Of a stretch of 64,000 bases of DNA, positions 46,287 through 55,435 are shown one piece after another. The stretch's first letter is position 1; each line of letters opens with the position of its first letter. The notes below the pieces were generated by a model that saw only the letters and a list, made by a program, of their open reading frames with translations, had not been told where the DNA came from and did no database searches. This DNA comes from an uncultured Bacteroidota bacterium (GTDB taxonomy: Bacteria; Bacteroidota; Rhodothermia; Rhodothermales; Salinibacteraceae), in contig CAJXLV010000012.1 in NCBI GenBank assembly GCA_913056185.1, positions 3,688 through 67,687 of the forward strand. The letters run 5' to 3'. The translations under genes were made by a program, and so were the position numbers.

Positions 46287-47663
46287 CTACAGCACAATGT
46301 CCACCACCTCGCGCAGCTGCTCGGCCCCGGACACGGCAATCTCGTAGTCGCCCGCGATCCGTTCCAGGTTGTTCTCCGGCACCACGGCGCGGTCGAACCC
46401 CAGCTTGGCAGCCTCCTTCAGGCGCGGCTCGATTTGGCTCACCGTGCGCACCTCTCCGCCCAGCCCCACCTCCCCAATAAGCACCGCCCCGGTGTCGGCG
46501 GGAATGTCGCGGAAGGAGGAGGCAGCGGCGATGGCCACCCCGACGTCCACCGCCGGTTCTTCGAGGCGCACCCCGCCCGCCACGTTGATGAACACATCGT
46601 GGTCGCTAAAGGCGAGGCCCGCGCGCTTTTCCAGCACCGCCAGGATCATCTGCAGCCGCTGCGACGCGAAGCCGGTCACCGTGCGCTGCGGGGTGCTGTA
46701 GGAAGTGGGCGTTACCAGCGCCTGGATCTCCACCAGGATGGGCCGCGTCCCCTCCAGCGAGCACACCACCGTGGAGCCGCTCACGCCGTAGCCCCGCTCC
46801 GAGAGGAACAGCTCGCTCGGGTTGGGCACCTCGTGGAGGCCGTCCTCGCGCATCTGAAACACCCCAATCTCGTTGGCCGCCCCAAACCGGTTTTTGACGC
46901 TGCGCAGGATGCGATAGGCGTGGTTCTGATCGCCTTCAAAGTACAACACCGTGTCCACCATATGCTCCAGCACCCGCGGCCCGGCAATGGTGCCTTTCTT
47001 GGTGACGTGCCCCACCAGGAAGGTGGCAAACTCGCGCTCCTTGGTCAGCTTGAGGAGCGAGGCGGTGCTCTCGCGCACCTGGCTGACCGAGCCGGGCGCA
47101 CTCGTGAGGTCGGGGCGATACAGGGTCTGGATGGAGTCGGCCACCAGCAGGTCTGGCTCCACCGTTTCGACCGCGTTGGCAATCTCCTGCACGTTCGTCT
47201 CCGCCAGGAGGTAGAGCGCGTCGGAATCCACGCCCAGCCGCTGGGCCCGGATCTTCACCTGTCGCTTCGACTCCTCGCCGGTGACGTACAGGATCGTACG
47301 GGTGGGCAGGTAGCCGCCCAGCTCGGTCATGAGCGTGCTCTTGCCAATGCCGGGGTCGCCGGCGATGAGGCTGAACGAGCCCTGCATAATGCCCCCGCCC
47401 ATCACCCGGTCGAACTCGTCGACGCCGGTGCAGAGCCGCGCCTCCTCACCAAGGTCTACCTCGGTGATCTGCGTTGGCCGGTTTGCCGAGCCCTGTCCGT
47501 TCTGCCCGTCGGTGGTCAAATCCGGGACGCGGGCCTCTACGTCGGCAGACTCTGTCTCTCTTACGAGCGTATTCCACGCCCCACAGCCCGAGCACTTGCC
47601 CATCCACTTGTGTGCCTCGTGCCCGCATTCTTGGCAGACGTACTTGGGACTGGAGTTCGCCAT
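46287..47663 (-). CDS. radA: DNA repair protein RadA/Sms
   Basis: C4 zinc finger, GDPGIGKST, KNRFG and a Lon-like C-terminus. Confidence 0.97.
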   Translation of the reverse strand: MANSSPKYVCQECGHEAHKWMGKCSGCGAWNTLVRETESADVEARVPDLTTDGQNGQGSANRPTQITEVDLGEEARLCTGVDEFDRVMGGGIMQGSFSLIAGDPGIGKSTLMTELGGYLPTRTILYVTGEESKRQVKIRAQRLGVDSDALYLLAETNVQEIANAVETVEPDLLVADSIQTLYRPDLTSAPGSVSQVRESTASLLKLTKEREFATFLVGHVTKKGTIAGPRVLEHMVDTVLYFEGDQNHAYRILRSVKNRFGAANEIGVFQMREDGLHEVPNPSELFLSERGYGVSGSTVVCSLEGTRPILVEIQALVTPTSYSTPQRTVTGFASQRLQMILAVLEKRAGLAFSDHDVFINVAGGVRLEEPAVDVGVAIAAASSFRDIPADTGAVLIGEVGLGGEVRTVSQIEPRLKEAAKLGFDRAVVPENNLERIAGDYEIAVSGAEQLREVVDIVL

Positions 47664-47943
47664 GAATCGCTCAGAACCTGTGTGGGAAGGAATGCGAAAC
47701 CGACGTGCGCGAAGCGCGGCCCGCACCGGACGCGAGCACGTGTGGGGGCTTGTCGGGGCGGACGTTTGCCGCGCCCAACGCGTGGGGGGACCGACAGGAC
47801 CCGGCCGGGCAACGCGGCGCCGCGGGGGCCTCACCGGAGGCATTTGTGGGCCACCGTTCCCGGACGCCAGGCGCAAAGATCAAGGGACGTTCACAGAGGA
47901 ACCTCCCCGCCGACCCGAATGTGCACTATGCGCGCACCCCAGG

Positions 47944-48786
47944 ATGGATGCATTGTCCAAAACCTATACGCCGCCCGGCCTCGCGTTGTCCCCGCCCCTC
48001 GACGTGCCCTTCCAAACAGCCGCCCGCCCCGCGGTGCTCGACTCATTGCTCGCCCCCTTCCGCGCCCTTGGCCAGTACGCCATCCTGATTGGCCGCGCGT
48101 TCGCGTCGGTCGATGAGTTTCGGATGTACTGGAAGAACCTGTTTATCCAGATGGTGCGCATCGGCATCGACTCGGTGCCCATCGTCGCGCTGGCCGCGGC
48201 GTTTTCCGGGGCCGTACTCACCGTACAGACGGCGTACCAGTTGGAAACGCCCTTCATCCCGAAGACCATCATCGGCTCCATCGTCGCCCCCTCCATCATG
48301 CTGGAACTGGGCGTGGTGGTGGCCGGGTTCATCCTGGCGGGGCGGGTCGGGGCCCGCATCGCCGCCGAGCTGGGCACGATGCGCGTGTCGGAGCAAATCG
48401 ATGCCCTGGAGGTGATGGGCCTCAACTCAATCGGGTTTCTCATTCTGCCGCGCGTGCTGGCGGGCGTGGTCATGTTTCCGATGCTGTACGTGGTGTCCTG
48501 CATCGTGGGGATTGGCACCGGCATCCTCACCGGGGAGGTGGGGGGCTTTCTCAGCGCCAGCGAGTTTCTGGAAGGGGCCCGCCAGTTTTTCCAGCTGCTC
48601 GATCCGTTGATCGGCTTCATCAAGTCGGTCGCCTTCGGCTTCATCGTGACCTCCATCGCCTGCTACAAAGGCTACTACACCGGCGGGGGCGCCGTGGGCG
48701 TGGGCGATAGCACCACGCAGGCGGCGGTGCTGAGTTGCGTGTTCATTCTGGTGGCGGATCTTCTGGTGGCCATGCTGCTGCTGTGA
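47944..48786 (+). CDS. mlaE: MlaE-family lipid ABC permease
   Basis: ELG...AGRVGARIAAELGTMRVSEQIDALEVMG and GVGDSTTQAAV. Confidence 0.93.
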   Translation: MDALSKTYTPPGLALSPPLDVPFQTAARPAVLDSLLAPFRALGQYAILIGRAFASVDEFRMYWKNLFIQMVRIGIDSVPIVALAAAFSGAVLTVQTAYQLETPFIPKTIIGSIVAPSIMLELGVVVAGFILAGRVGARIAAELGTMRVSEQIDALEVMGLNSIGFLILPRVLAGVVMFPMLYVVSCIVGIGTGILTGEVGGFLSASEFLEGARQFFQLLDPLIGFIKSVAFGFIVTSIACYKGYYTGGGAVGVGDSTTQAAVLSCVFILVADLLVAMLLL

Positions 48787-48841
48787 CGCCCCGGCGCCCT
48801 CTCCCGTGTTCGCGGCCTTCTGCGTTTCGTCTCGCCTCTCG

Positions 48842-49618
48842 ATGATTGAAGTGCGCAACATCTCGAAAAGCTTCGGCGACCTCCAGGTCCTCAGCGACGT
48901 ATCGCTGGACGTGCGTGAGGGGGAGAAGCTGGCCATTATTGGCCGGTCTGGGTCCGGCAAAAGCGTGCTCATGAAGCACCTCGTGGGCCTGCTGAAGCCG
49001 GACACCGGCCACGTGTACGTGGACGACCAGGACCTCTGCTGTGCCTCCTACGAGCGGCTGCGCGAATTGCGCAAGCGGTTCGGCGTGCTGTTTCAGGGCG
49101 GCGCGCTCTTCGACTCTATGTCGAGCTTCGAAAACATCGCGTTTCCACTGCGCTACTTCTCGTCGCTCTCGGACGCCGAAATTGAGACGCGGGTGCAGGA
49201 CTGTCTGGACCTGGTCAACCTCTCGGACGTGGGCGCCAAAAACCCTTCGGAGCTGTCCGGCGGCATGCGCAAGCGGGTGGCCCTGGCCCGGGCCATCTCC
49301 ATGGAGCCGGCCTACATCCTGTACGACGAGCCCACCAGCGGGCTCGACCCCGAAACCTCCAATACGATCAACGACCTAATCAATCAGCTCGCCCGCGAGC
49401 TCAACGTCACGAGCGTCGTGATTACGCACGACATGCACTCGGTCCTCGAGGTGGCCGATCGCGTGGCCTTTCTCCACAATCAGGACCTGGAGTGGGTGGG
49501 GCCGGTGGCCGAGGTGCACGACTGTGCAAGCCCCAACCTCAACTCGTTCGTCCGGGCCAGCGAATACAAAATCGGCGATCCGTCTCCCACCTCGCCCCTG
49601 TCGGAGCCGTCGCCGTAG
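48842..49618 (+). CDS. mlaF: MlaF-family ABC ATPase
   Basis: GRSGSGKS, LFQGGALFDS, LSGGMRKRVALARA and YDEPTSGLDP. Confidence 0.93.
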   Translation: MIEVRNISKSFGDLQVLSDVSLDVREGEKLAIIGRSGSGKSVLMKHLVGLLKPDTGHVYVDDQDLCCASYERLRELRKRFGVLFQGGALFDSMSSFENIAFPLRYFSSLSDAEIETRVQDCLDLVNLSDVGAKNPSELSGGMRKRVALARAISMEPAYILYDEPTSGLDPETSNTINDLINQLARELNVTSVVITHDMHSVLEVADRVAFLHNQDLEWVGPVAEVHDCASPNLNSFVRASEYKIGDPSPTSPLSEPSP

Positions 49619-49658
49619 CGCCCCTGCCTCATGCTCTTTCTGTCTGACGCTTCCCCGC

Positions 49659-50591
49659 ATGCAATACAGCAACGAACTGAAGGTTGGCGCCGCCATCATT
49701 TTGGCGGTCGTTGCGGCCTTCGTCGGCATTCGGTTTTTCCAGAACGTGCCCCTCTTCGAGAGCTCCTACACGCTCTACGCCGAGTTTGACAACGCCAACG
49801 GGCTGGTGTCCGGCAAGCCGGTGCGGATGAAGGGCGTGAAGGTCGGCTCGGTGGAGCGCGTGCAGCTGGACCCGCAGTCGCAGACGGTGCGCGTGGAGAT
49901 GAAGCTGGAGCGCGGCCCGCGCGTTCCGGAAGGCTCTGAGGCATCGGTGGCGGGCATCAGTGCGCTCGGGGGGGTGCACGTAAGCATCGCGCCCGGCCCG
50001 CGCAACAACCCGCAGCTGGCACCGGGGGCCACCCTCGGCACGCCGGACGCCCCCTCCTCCCTGGGCCGCCTCACCGAACAGGCCCCGGCCCTCGCCTCCA
50101 AGGCCGACAGTGTGCTCCGCAACACGAACGCAACGATGGCGTCGCTCAACCGCCTGCTCCGCCGTCCGGACAGCGACCTCCGCCAGTCCCTCGCGGCCCT
50201 GCGCGGCATGGCCACCGACCTCGAACAGGTGACCGACGCGGAAAAGGCCACCCTCCGGCGACTGCTCCAAAACCTGGAGTCCGTCTCGGGCGACCTGCGC
50301 GACTTCACCGGCGAGAACAGCGACTCCCTGGACGTGGCGATCCGACGCCTCAACCAGTCGCTCGACCGCCTCAACCGCGGGCTCGCCTCCTTCGAACAGA
50401 CCTCCGCCACCCTCGACACCATCGCCACGAAGCTCAACGAGGGCTCCGGCACGGCCGGTCGCCTCCTCAACGATCCTGGCCTCTACGTGAGGCTCGACTC
50501 CGCCGCGGCGCAGGCCAACACGCTGCTCAAGGACTTCCAGAACGACCCCGGGCGCTACCTGGAGGACCTGACGCTGGTGAAGGTGTTTTAG
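49659..50591 (+). CDS. mlaD: MlaD/MCE-family protein
   Basis: N-terminal TM helix, F.NANGL..G.PVRMKGVKVGSV, and a long helical C-terminus. Confidence 0.9.
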   Translation: MQYSNELKVGAAIILAVVAAFVGIRFFQNVPLFESSYTLYAEFDNANGLVSGKPVRMKGVKVGSVERVQLDPQSQTVRVEMKLERGPRVPEGSEASVAGISALGGVHVSIAPGPRNNPQLAPGATLGTPDAPSSLGRLTEQAPALASKADSVLRNTNATMASLNRLLRRPDSDLRQSLAALRGMATDLEQVTDAEKATLRRLLQNLESVSGDLRDFTGENSDSLDVAIRRLNQSLDRLNRGLASFEQTSATLDTIATKLNEGSGTAGRLLNDPGLYVRLDSAAAQANTLLKDFQNDPGRYLEDLTLVKVF

Positions 50592-50736
50592 CCGCCCTGT
50601 GTTGCCCCCCGGCGAGACGGCAGGCCTCGCAGCACGGAGCTGGGAGAGCCCGACGTCCCGCCTCCCGGACACACGCACCCTGCTGCGCCGGCATACCCTG
50701 CTGCACCTGCATCCCCTGCGGACCGCCTCGCTGCTC

Positions 50737-51912
50737 ATGGCCTCATCGGACACCCGCACGGACGCTGCCTCCCCCAACCGGGATGCCTCGCCCCCCGGCA
50801 CTCCAGCCTCCTGGCCGCGGCTGCAGCGGCACGTCCTGCGACGGGCGGGCCGCCACCTGCTCCGGTCGAGCGATCGCACGGACACTGACGAGGTGGCCCC
50901 GCCGCCTCGCCAAACGGGCGGCTATGCCCGCTGGCTGCCCGTGCTCCGGGCCCTGCCGTGGGTGCTGGGCACACTATTCGCGGTGTCGTTCGTATGGGAT
51001 TTTCCGGGCGTGCGCTTCACGGTGGCCGGCTACCCCATCGTCCTCGAGAACCTGCTGCGCTTCACCGCGGTGAGCGGCCTTGTGGGCTTTGGCACCAACT
51101 GGCTCGCCATCACCATGCTGTTTCGGCCCCGCGCGCCGCGCCCCATCGTGGGCCAGGGCCTGGTGCCCGCCCAACGCGAACGGGTGGCCTACCGCCTCGC
51201 ACAAGCGGTAAGCGACGAGCTCATCAACAAGGCCCTCATCAAGCAAAAAATCCGGGAGAGTGGACTCATCACCGAGTACCGCGACCGCCTCGTCGCCGCG
51301 GCCGGCGATGTGGTTGCCAGCAACGCGGTGCGGGCCGAAACGAAGGCTCTGCTCCGGCGGGTGCTGCACGACCTCCTTTCAACCCCGGCGGTGCAAGACC
51401 GCATCGTGGACTTTACGGTGGAGCGCGTGGAGGAGCACGCCAGCGACGGATTTTCGGGGCTGGCGCTGCGCACCTATCGCTTTTTTGGGGAGGCCGACTT
51501 CCGCGAGCGCCTCTACGAAGCGGTGGAGCAGCTGCCCACGGCCGTCGATCCATTGCTCGACGAGATCGACCCCTGGCTTGACCGCCTCCCCGCCCGCATC
51601 GAACGCCACGGCGACGCCCTCGAAGACACCCTGATGCAGGTGATCCTTCGTCTCGTCGATGCCTTCGACGTGGAGCGCATGATCTACGAGAACGTGCGGG
51701 CGTACGACGAGCAGCAGCTCGAGCTTCTCCTGCGCCGCACCACCAACGAGCAGCTTACCTATATCAAGTACCTGGGGGCAGTGCTGGGCATCATCGGCGG
51801 CTTTATCATCTGGGCGCCCGCCCTGGCGCTGGTCATCGTCACTGCCCTCGGGCTGTCCCTCTACGCCCTCGACGAGGCCCTCGTCCGGGCCCGCCCCACA
51901 GGCGTCGACTGA
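50737..51912 (+). CDS. DUF445 family membrane protein
   Basis: LVGFGTNWLAITMLFRP...GLVP and EQLTYIKYLGAVLGIIGG. Confidence 0.85.
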   Translation: MASSDTRTDAASPNRDASPPGTPASWPRLQRHVLRRAGRHLLRSSDRTDTDEVAPPPRQTGGYARWLPVLRALPWVLGTLFAVSFVWDFPGVRFTVAGYPIVLENLLRFTAVSGLVGFGTNWLAITMLFRPRAPRPIVGQGLVPAQRERVAYRLAQAVSDELINKALIKQKIRESGLITEYRDRLVAAAGDVVASNAVRAETKALLRRVLHDLLSTPAVQDRIVDFTVERVEEHASDGFSGLALRTYRFFGEADFRERLYEAVEQLPTAVDPLLDEIDPWLDRLPARIERHGDALEDTLMQVILRLVDAFDVERMIYENVRAYDEQQLELLLRRTTNEQLTYIKYLGAVLGIIGGFIIWAPALALVIVTALGLSLYALDEALVRARPTGVD

Positions 51913-51927
51913 CGCGCCCCAAACGCC

Positions 51928-52572
51928 TCAGAGCATCTCGGCGAACCAGTCCGCCGCCGCCTGTGCCACCTCTTCCAGTTCCCCCCTCCCCCGGAACAGG
52001 TGTCCGGCCCCCTCCACCACATGAAACGCCTTGGTGCACGTGAGCTGCGCATAGGCCTCCTGGTTGAGGCGGTGAACTTGCGTGTCGGCGCCCCCCACAA
52101 TGAACAAGCACGGTGCCTGTACGTCCGGAAGGGCCTCCGGCGCCATGTCCACCCGCCCGCCCCGCGACACGATGGCCCCCACGCGCTCGTTCGAGGGCGC
52201 GCGGGAGGCTGCCTGCAGGGCCGCCGCCGCCCCGGTGCTGGCCCCAAAATACCCCACGCGCAACGACGTTGTCTCCGGCCGGCGCCCCAGCCACTGCGTC
52301 ACCGCCCGCAGGCGCTCGCTCAGCAGCGGAATGTCAAAGCGCGCCTCCGGCACACGGTCTTCCACCTCCGTCAGCAGGTCGAACAAAAGCGTCCCCAGGC
52401 GCCGATCGCGCAGCACGTGCGCCACGTAGTTGTTGCGCGGGCTCTTTCGGCTGGAGCCGCTTCCATGGACAAACACCACAAGCCCCGTCGCCCCCTCCGG
52501 AATTTCCAGGGCGCCTTCCAGTACTACGTCATCGAGGGTGATGGACACCAGGGTTTCTGAAAGGGGGGCCAT
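51928..52572 (-). CDS. Dienelactone-hydrolase-like alpha/beta hydrolase
   Basis: HGSGSSR.SPRN, GYFGASTG, VSRGGR, VGGAD and GAGHLF. Confidence 0.85.
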   Translation of the reverse strand: MAPLSETLVSITLDDVVLEGALEIPEGATGLVVFVHGSGSSRKSPRNNYVAHVLRDRRLGTLLFDLLTEVEDRVPEARFDIPLLSERLRAVTQWLGRRPETTSLRVGYFGASTGAAAALQAASRAPSNERVGAIVSRGGRVDMAPEALPDVQAPCLFIVGGADTQVHRLNQEAYAQLTCTKAFHVVEGAGHLFRGRGELEEVAQAAADWFAEML

Positions 52573-52866
52573 GGCTTCGCTCTGCGCTGTTGAACGGTCT
52601 CCCGGCCGACTGCCAGGGAGACCCTCAAGGTAGCACGGCGCTCCACGGCGCGCCGTCCACGTCCGGAGCACACTCGACTCCGCGGATTGTGGCCCCCTCG
52701 TGCCCAAACTCTCCCGACCGGCCGCGCAGCCGGATGGTCCCTGCTGATCCTACGGGCACGACGTGCGTACACGTCTTGCAAACGAGCGCTTTCCCCCTCC
52801 CGGCATCGGCCGCGATCCGTAGCCCGCCCCGTTCGCCCTTCTGTGCCCTTTTGCCCTCCTGCACAC

Positions 52867-54252
52867 ATGAAAACACACGAGCCCCTTTCCGGTGTCGATG
52901 CGGCCTGGTTGCGCATGGACGCCCCCACCAACCTGATGACGATCACGGTGGTGCTTGAGCTCGCTGCCCCGATGGACGTGGACGCGCTGAAGGCGCTGCT
53001 GAAGGAGCGATTTCTCGGGTTCACGCGGTTCCGCCAACGGGTGCAAAACCCCGACGGGGCTCCGTATTGGGAGCTCGACCCGCACTTCGACCTCGACCAG
53101 CACGTGCACCGCGGGGCCCTGCCCGGGGCGGCCGGCAAGGAGGAACTAAAGGAGCGCGTAAGCGACCGGATGAGCGTGCCGCTCGATCGCTCAAAGCCCC
53201 TGTGGCAGATGGAGCTCATCGAAGCGTACCGGGGCGGCAGCGCCATCATCGTCCGCCTGCACCACTGCATCGGTGATGGAATGGCCCTGTTGCAGGTGCT
53301 GCTATCGCTGGCCGACGAGTATTTTGACCCCGACCGCTTTCCCTCCACCGAGCACCGCGGAGGGCTTCTGCCCGGCCCGGTGCGCGGCGCGCTCAATGCG
53401 GCGCGAGGCACGTTGAACACTGGACGCCGCCTGCTCCAGGAAGGCGCACGGGCGCTCACCGGTCCCTCTCACGCCCTGCACCGCGTCAAACAGAGCCTCA
53501 GCGTCGGGGCGGCGCTCTCCAAGTTCGTCTCTCTTTGTCCTGACACGGGCACGCCTCTGCGCGGCGACCTTGGCGTAGCACAACGAGCTACATGGTCTGA
53601 GCCTCTTTCCCTCACCCGCATCAAACGCCTCGGCCGCGTGATCGACGCGAAGGTGAACGATGTGCTCCTCGGGGCCGTGGCGGGGGCGCTGCGGCACTAC
53701 ATCGCCTCCCGGGACGCCCTGGATTCGGCAGACACCGTGCGGGCCCTCATTCCGGTCAACCTCCGCCCGCCCGAGCAGGCCTTCGAGCTGGGCAACCGCT
53801 TTGGGCTCGTGTTTCTGGACCTCCCCGTGGGCCTGGAGAACCGGCTGGAGCGCGTGCTGGCGGTGAAAGCGCAGATGGACGAGATTAAGAACTCGGCCGA
53901 GGCGATCGCGGCACTCGGGGTGCTCGAAAGCCTCGGCTACGTGCCGCTGGGGGTGGAAGACGAAGCCGTCCGCTACTTTAGCAACAAAGCCAGCGCGGTG
54001 ATGACGAACGTGCCGGGGCCGCAAGAGCCGCTGCACCTGGCCGGGCGGCGCCTCAAGATGGTGATGCCCTGGGTGCCCCGGGCTGGGCACGTGGGCCTGG
54101 GCGTCAGCGTCTTTAGCTACGACGGCGAGGTGCGGCTGGGCATTGCCTGCGACGCGGGCCTCATTCCGGACCCCGACCCCATTGTCGAGACGTTTGCGGA
54201 CGAGTTCGACCGCCTCGCCGCCCGCCTCTTGCCCACCCCAGATGCGTCTTGA
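52867..54252 (+). CDS. Wax ester synthase/diacylglycerol acyltransferase (WS/DGAT)
   Basis: LSGVDAAWLRMD, LDRSKPLWQM, catalytic HHCIGDG, KVNDVLL, PVNLR, LGNRFG and TNVPGP. Confidence 0.93.
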   Translation: MKTHEPLSGVDAAWLRMDAPTNLMTITVVLELAAPMDVDALKALLKERFLGFTRFRQRVQNPDGAPYWELDPHFDLDQHVHRGALPGAAGKEELKERVSDRMSVPLDRSKPLWQMELIEAYRGGSAIIVRLHHCIGDGMALLQVLLSLADEYFDPDRFPSTEHRGGLLPGPVRGALNAARGTLNTGRRLLQEGARALTGPSHALHRVKQSLSVGAALSKFVSLCPDTGTPLRGDLGVAQRATWSEPLSLTRIKRLGRVIDAKVNDVLLGAVAGALRHYIASRDALDSADTVRALIPVNLRPPEQAFELGNRFGLVFLDLPVGLENRLERVLAVKAQMDEIKNSAEAIAALGVLESLGYVPLGVEDEAVRYFSNKASAVMTNVPGPQEPLHLAGRRLKMVMPWVPRAGHVGLGVSVFSYDGEVRLGIACDAGLIPDPDPIVETFADEFDRLAARLLPTPDAS

Positions 54253-54267
54253 CTCCCTGGCCCCAGG

Positions 54268-54753
54268 CTATGCGTCTGTGCGCCGCACGGTGTCGGTGAG
54301 GCGATCAACGCGGTCGCTCAACGCCTCAACCTGATCCTTCAGCGCGTCTACGTCGTCGCGGGAGGGCACGCCGATGCGCTGCAGGGCGGCGTTCACCTCC
54401 TCCTGCACCCGCTCTTCGGCGGCCTGCATTGCGTCGGGCTCTTGGGTCGCCCGCCGCACCTGCCGGGCCCGCTGCTCCCGCCGCTCGCGCTGGGCCTGCT
54501 CCCAGGATTTGCCCTCCTCCACAAGCGCGTCGAACACCTGCGCCCCGGCACTCTGCGCCACGTCGAGCAGACCGAGCCCCGCCCACCACGCCGCCCGTGT
54601 GCCCCGGACCAGCCCCGACACCACGTCGCCGGGGCCTGGTAGCCTCCACCCGGACGACGCCGACGAGGCCGCCTGTGACGAACGGGTGCGTCGGTGGCGC
54701 GATCGATCCTTTGTGCCGCGAGTAACCGTGATTGTAGGGCTGTCGTCGCTCAT
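54268..54753 (-). CDS. Phasin, PhaI/PhaF-type (second copy)
   Basis: AWWAGLGLL...GAQVFDALVEEG and LQRIGVPSRDDVDAL. Confidence 0.82.
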   Translation of the reverse strand: MSDDSPTITVTRGTKDRSRHRRTRSSQAASSASSGWRLPGPGDVVSGLVRGTRAAWWAGLGLLDVAQSAGAQVFDALVEEGKSWEQAQRERREQRARQVRRATQEPDAMQAAEERVQEEVNAALQRIGVPSRDDVDALKDQVEALSDRVDRLTDTVRRTDA

Positions 54754-54815
54754 GACTGAAAGGAGGAGTTCTGTAGAGACGATTGTGCAGGTGCGGGGTG
54801 CGGACGCGGAAGCGG

Positions 54816-55256
54816 TTAGTATACTTTTTCGACGTCGGCCGCCACTGCGTTCATGCCTCGAAAGACCCCCATGTTGGACATAATCTGCATCATCGAGCCT
54901 TCGATCTGGTAGTCGGGGGAAGCGAGGGCCTCGGCGGCGCCCATCTCGCCCTTGTCCATGCGCACCCACACGTCGTAGTCGGCCGTGGCACGGGCCATGA
55001 CGGCCTCTTTGTCGACTGGCTCTTCGCGCATCTCGTCGGAGGGCGCCTCGTCGATCCAGAGATCTACGTCCACGACCGTGCCTTCGTCAAAGGTGTAGGT
55101 GGCAGAGACGTCTTCCCCCTCCGGAGTGTTGAAGCACCGGAGCTCGATGACGCTCGAGAAGCCGCCTGCGGTAGACTGAAACTCCTCGTCCTGGTTGAGG
55201 GCCTCGACAAAGCGCTCGACAAACGCGGGGGTCCAGTAGCGGGGGGCGTCGCTCAT
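54816..55256 (-). CDS. SCP2 sterol/lipid-binding domain protein
   Basis: FVERFVEALNQD, ATADYDVW...GEMGAAEAL....YQIEGSMMQIM (SCP2-like pattern). Confidence 0.7.
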   Translation of the reverse strand: MSDAPRYWTPAFVERFVEALNQDEEFQSTAGGFSSVIELRCFNTPEGEDVSATYTFDEGTVVDVDLWIDEAPSDEMREEPVDKEAVMARATADYDVWVRMDKGEMGAAEALASPDYQIEGSMMQIMSNMGVFRGMNAVAADVEKVY

Positions 55257-55435
55257 GGGGAAGAGGACTCGTTTGGGAGAAGGGTGGGCTGTAGTGTAGC
55301 CGTGCGGTACGGAAAGTGGCAAACGATCCTGGACGTAGGAAGCGGTAGACGAATGGATCATGCCCCCCAACGACGTCCTCAGCGCGCATCCACCTTCATG
55401 CCGCCACACGTCCACGCCCCTGCACTTCCGCTTGC

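Noticed and set aside
44871-48116. 1081-aa ORF on the + strand
   Set aside because: It is the antisense shadow of the anti-sigma, sigma and radA genes. Stop-poor reverse frames are expected at this GC, and it has no recognisable motifs.
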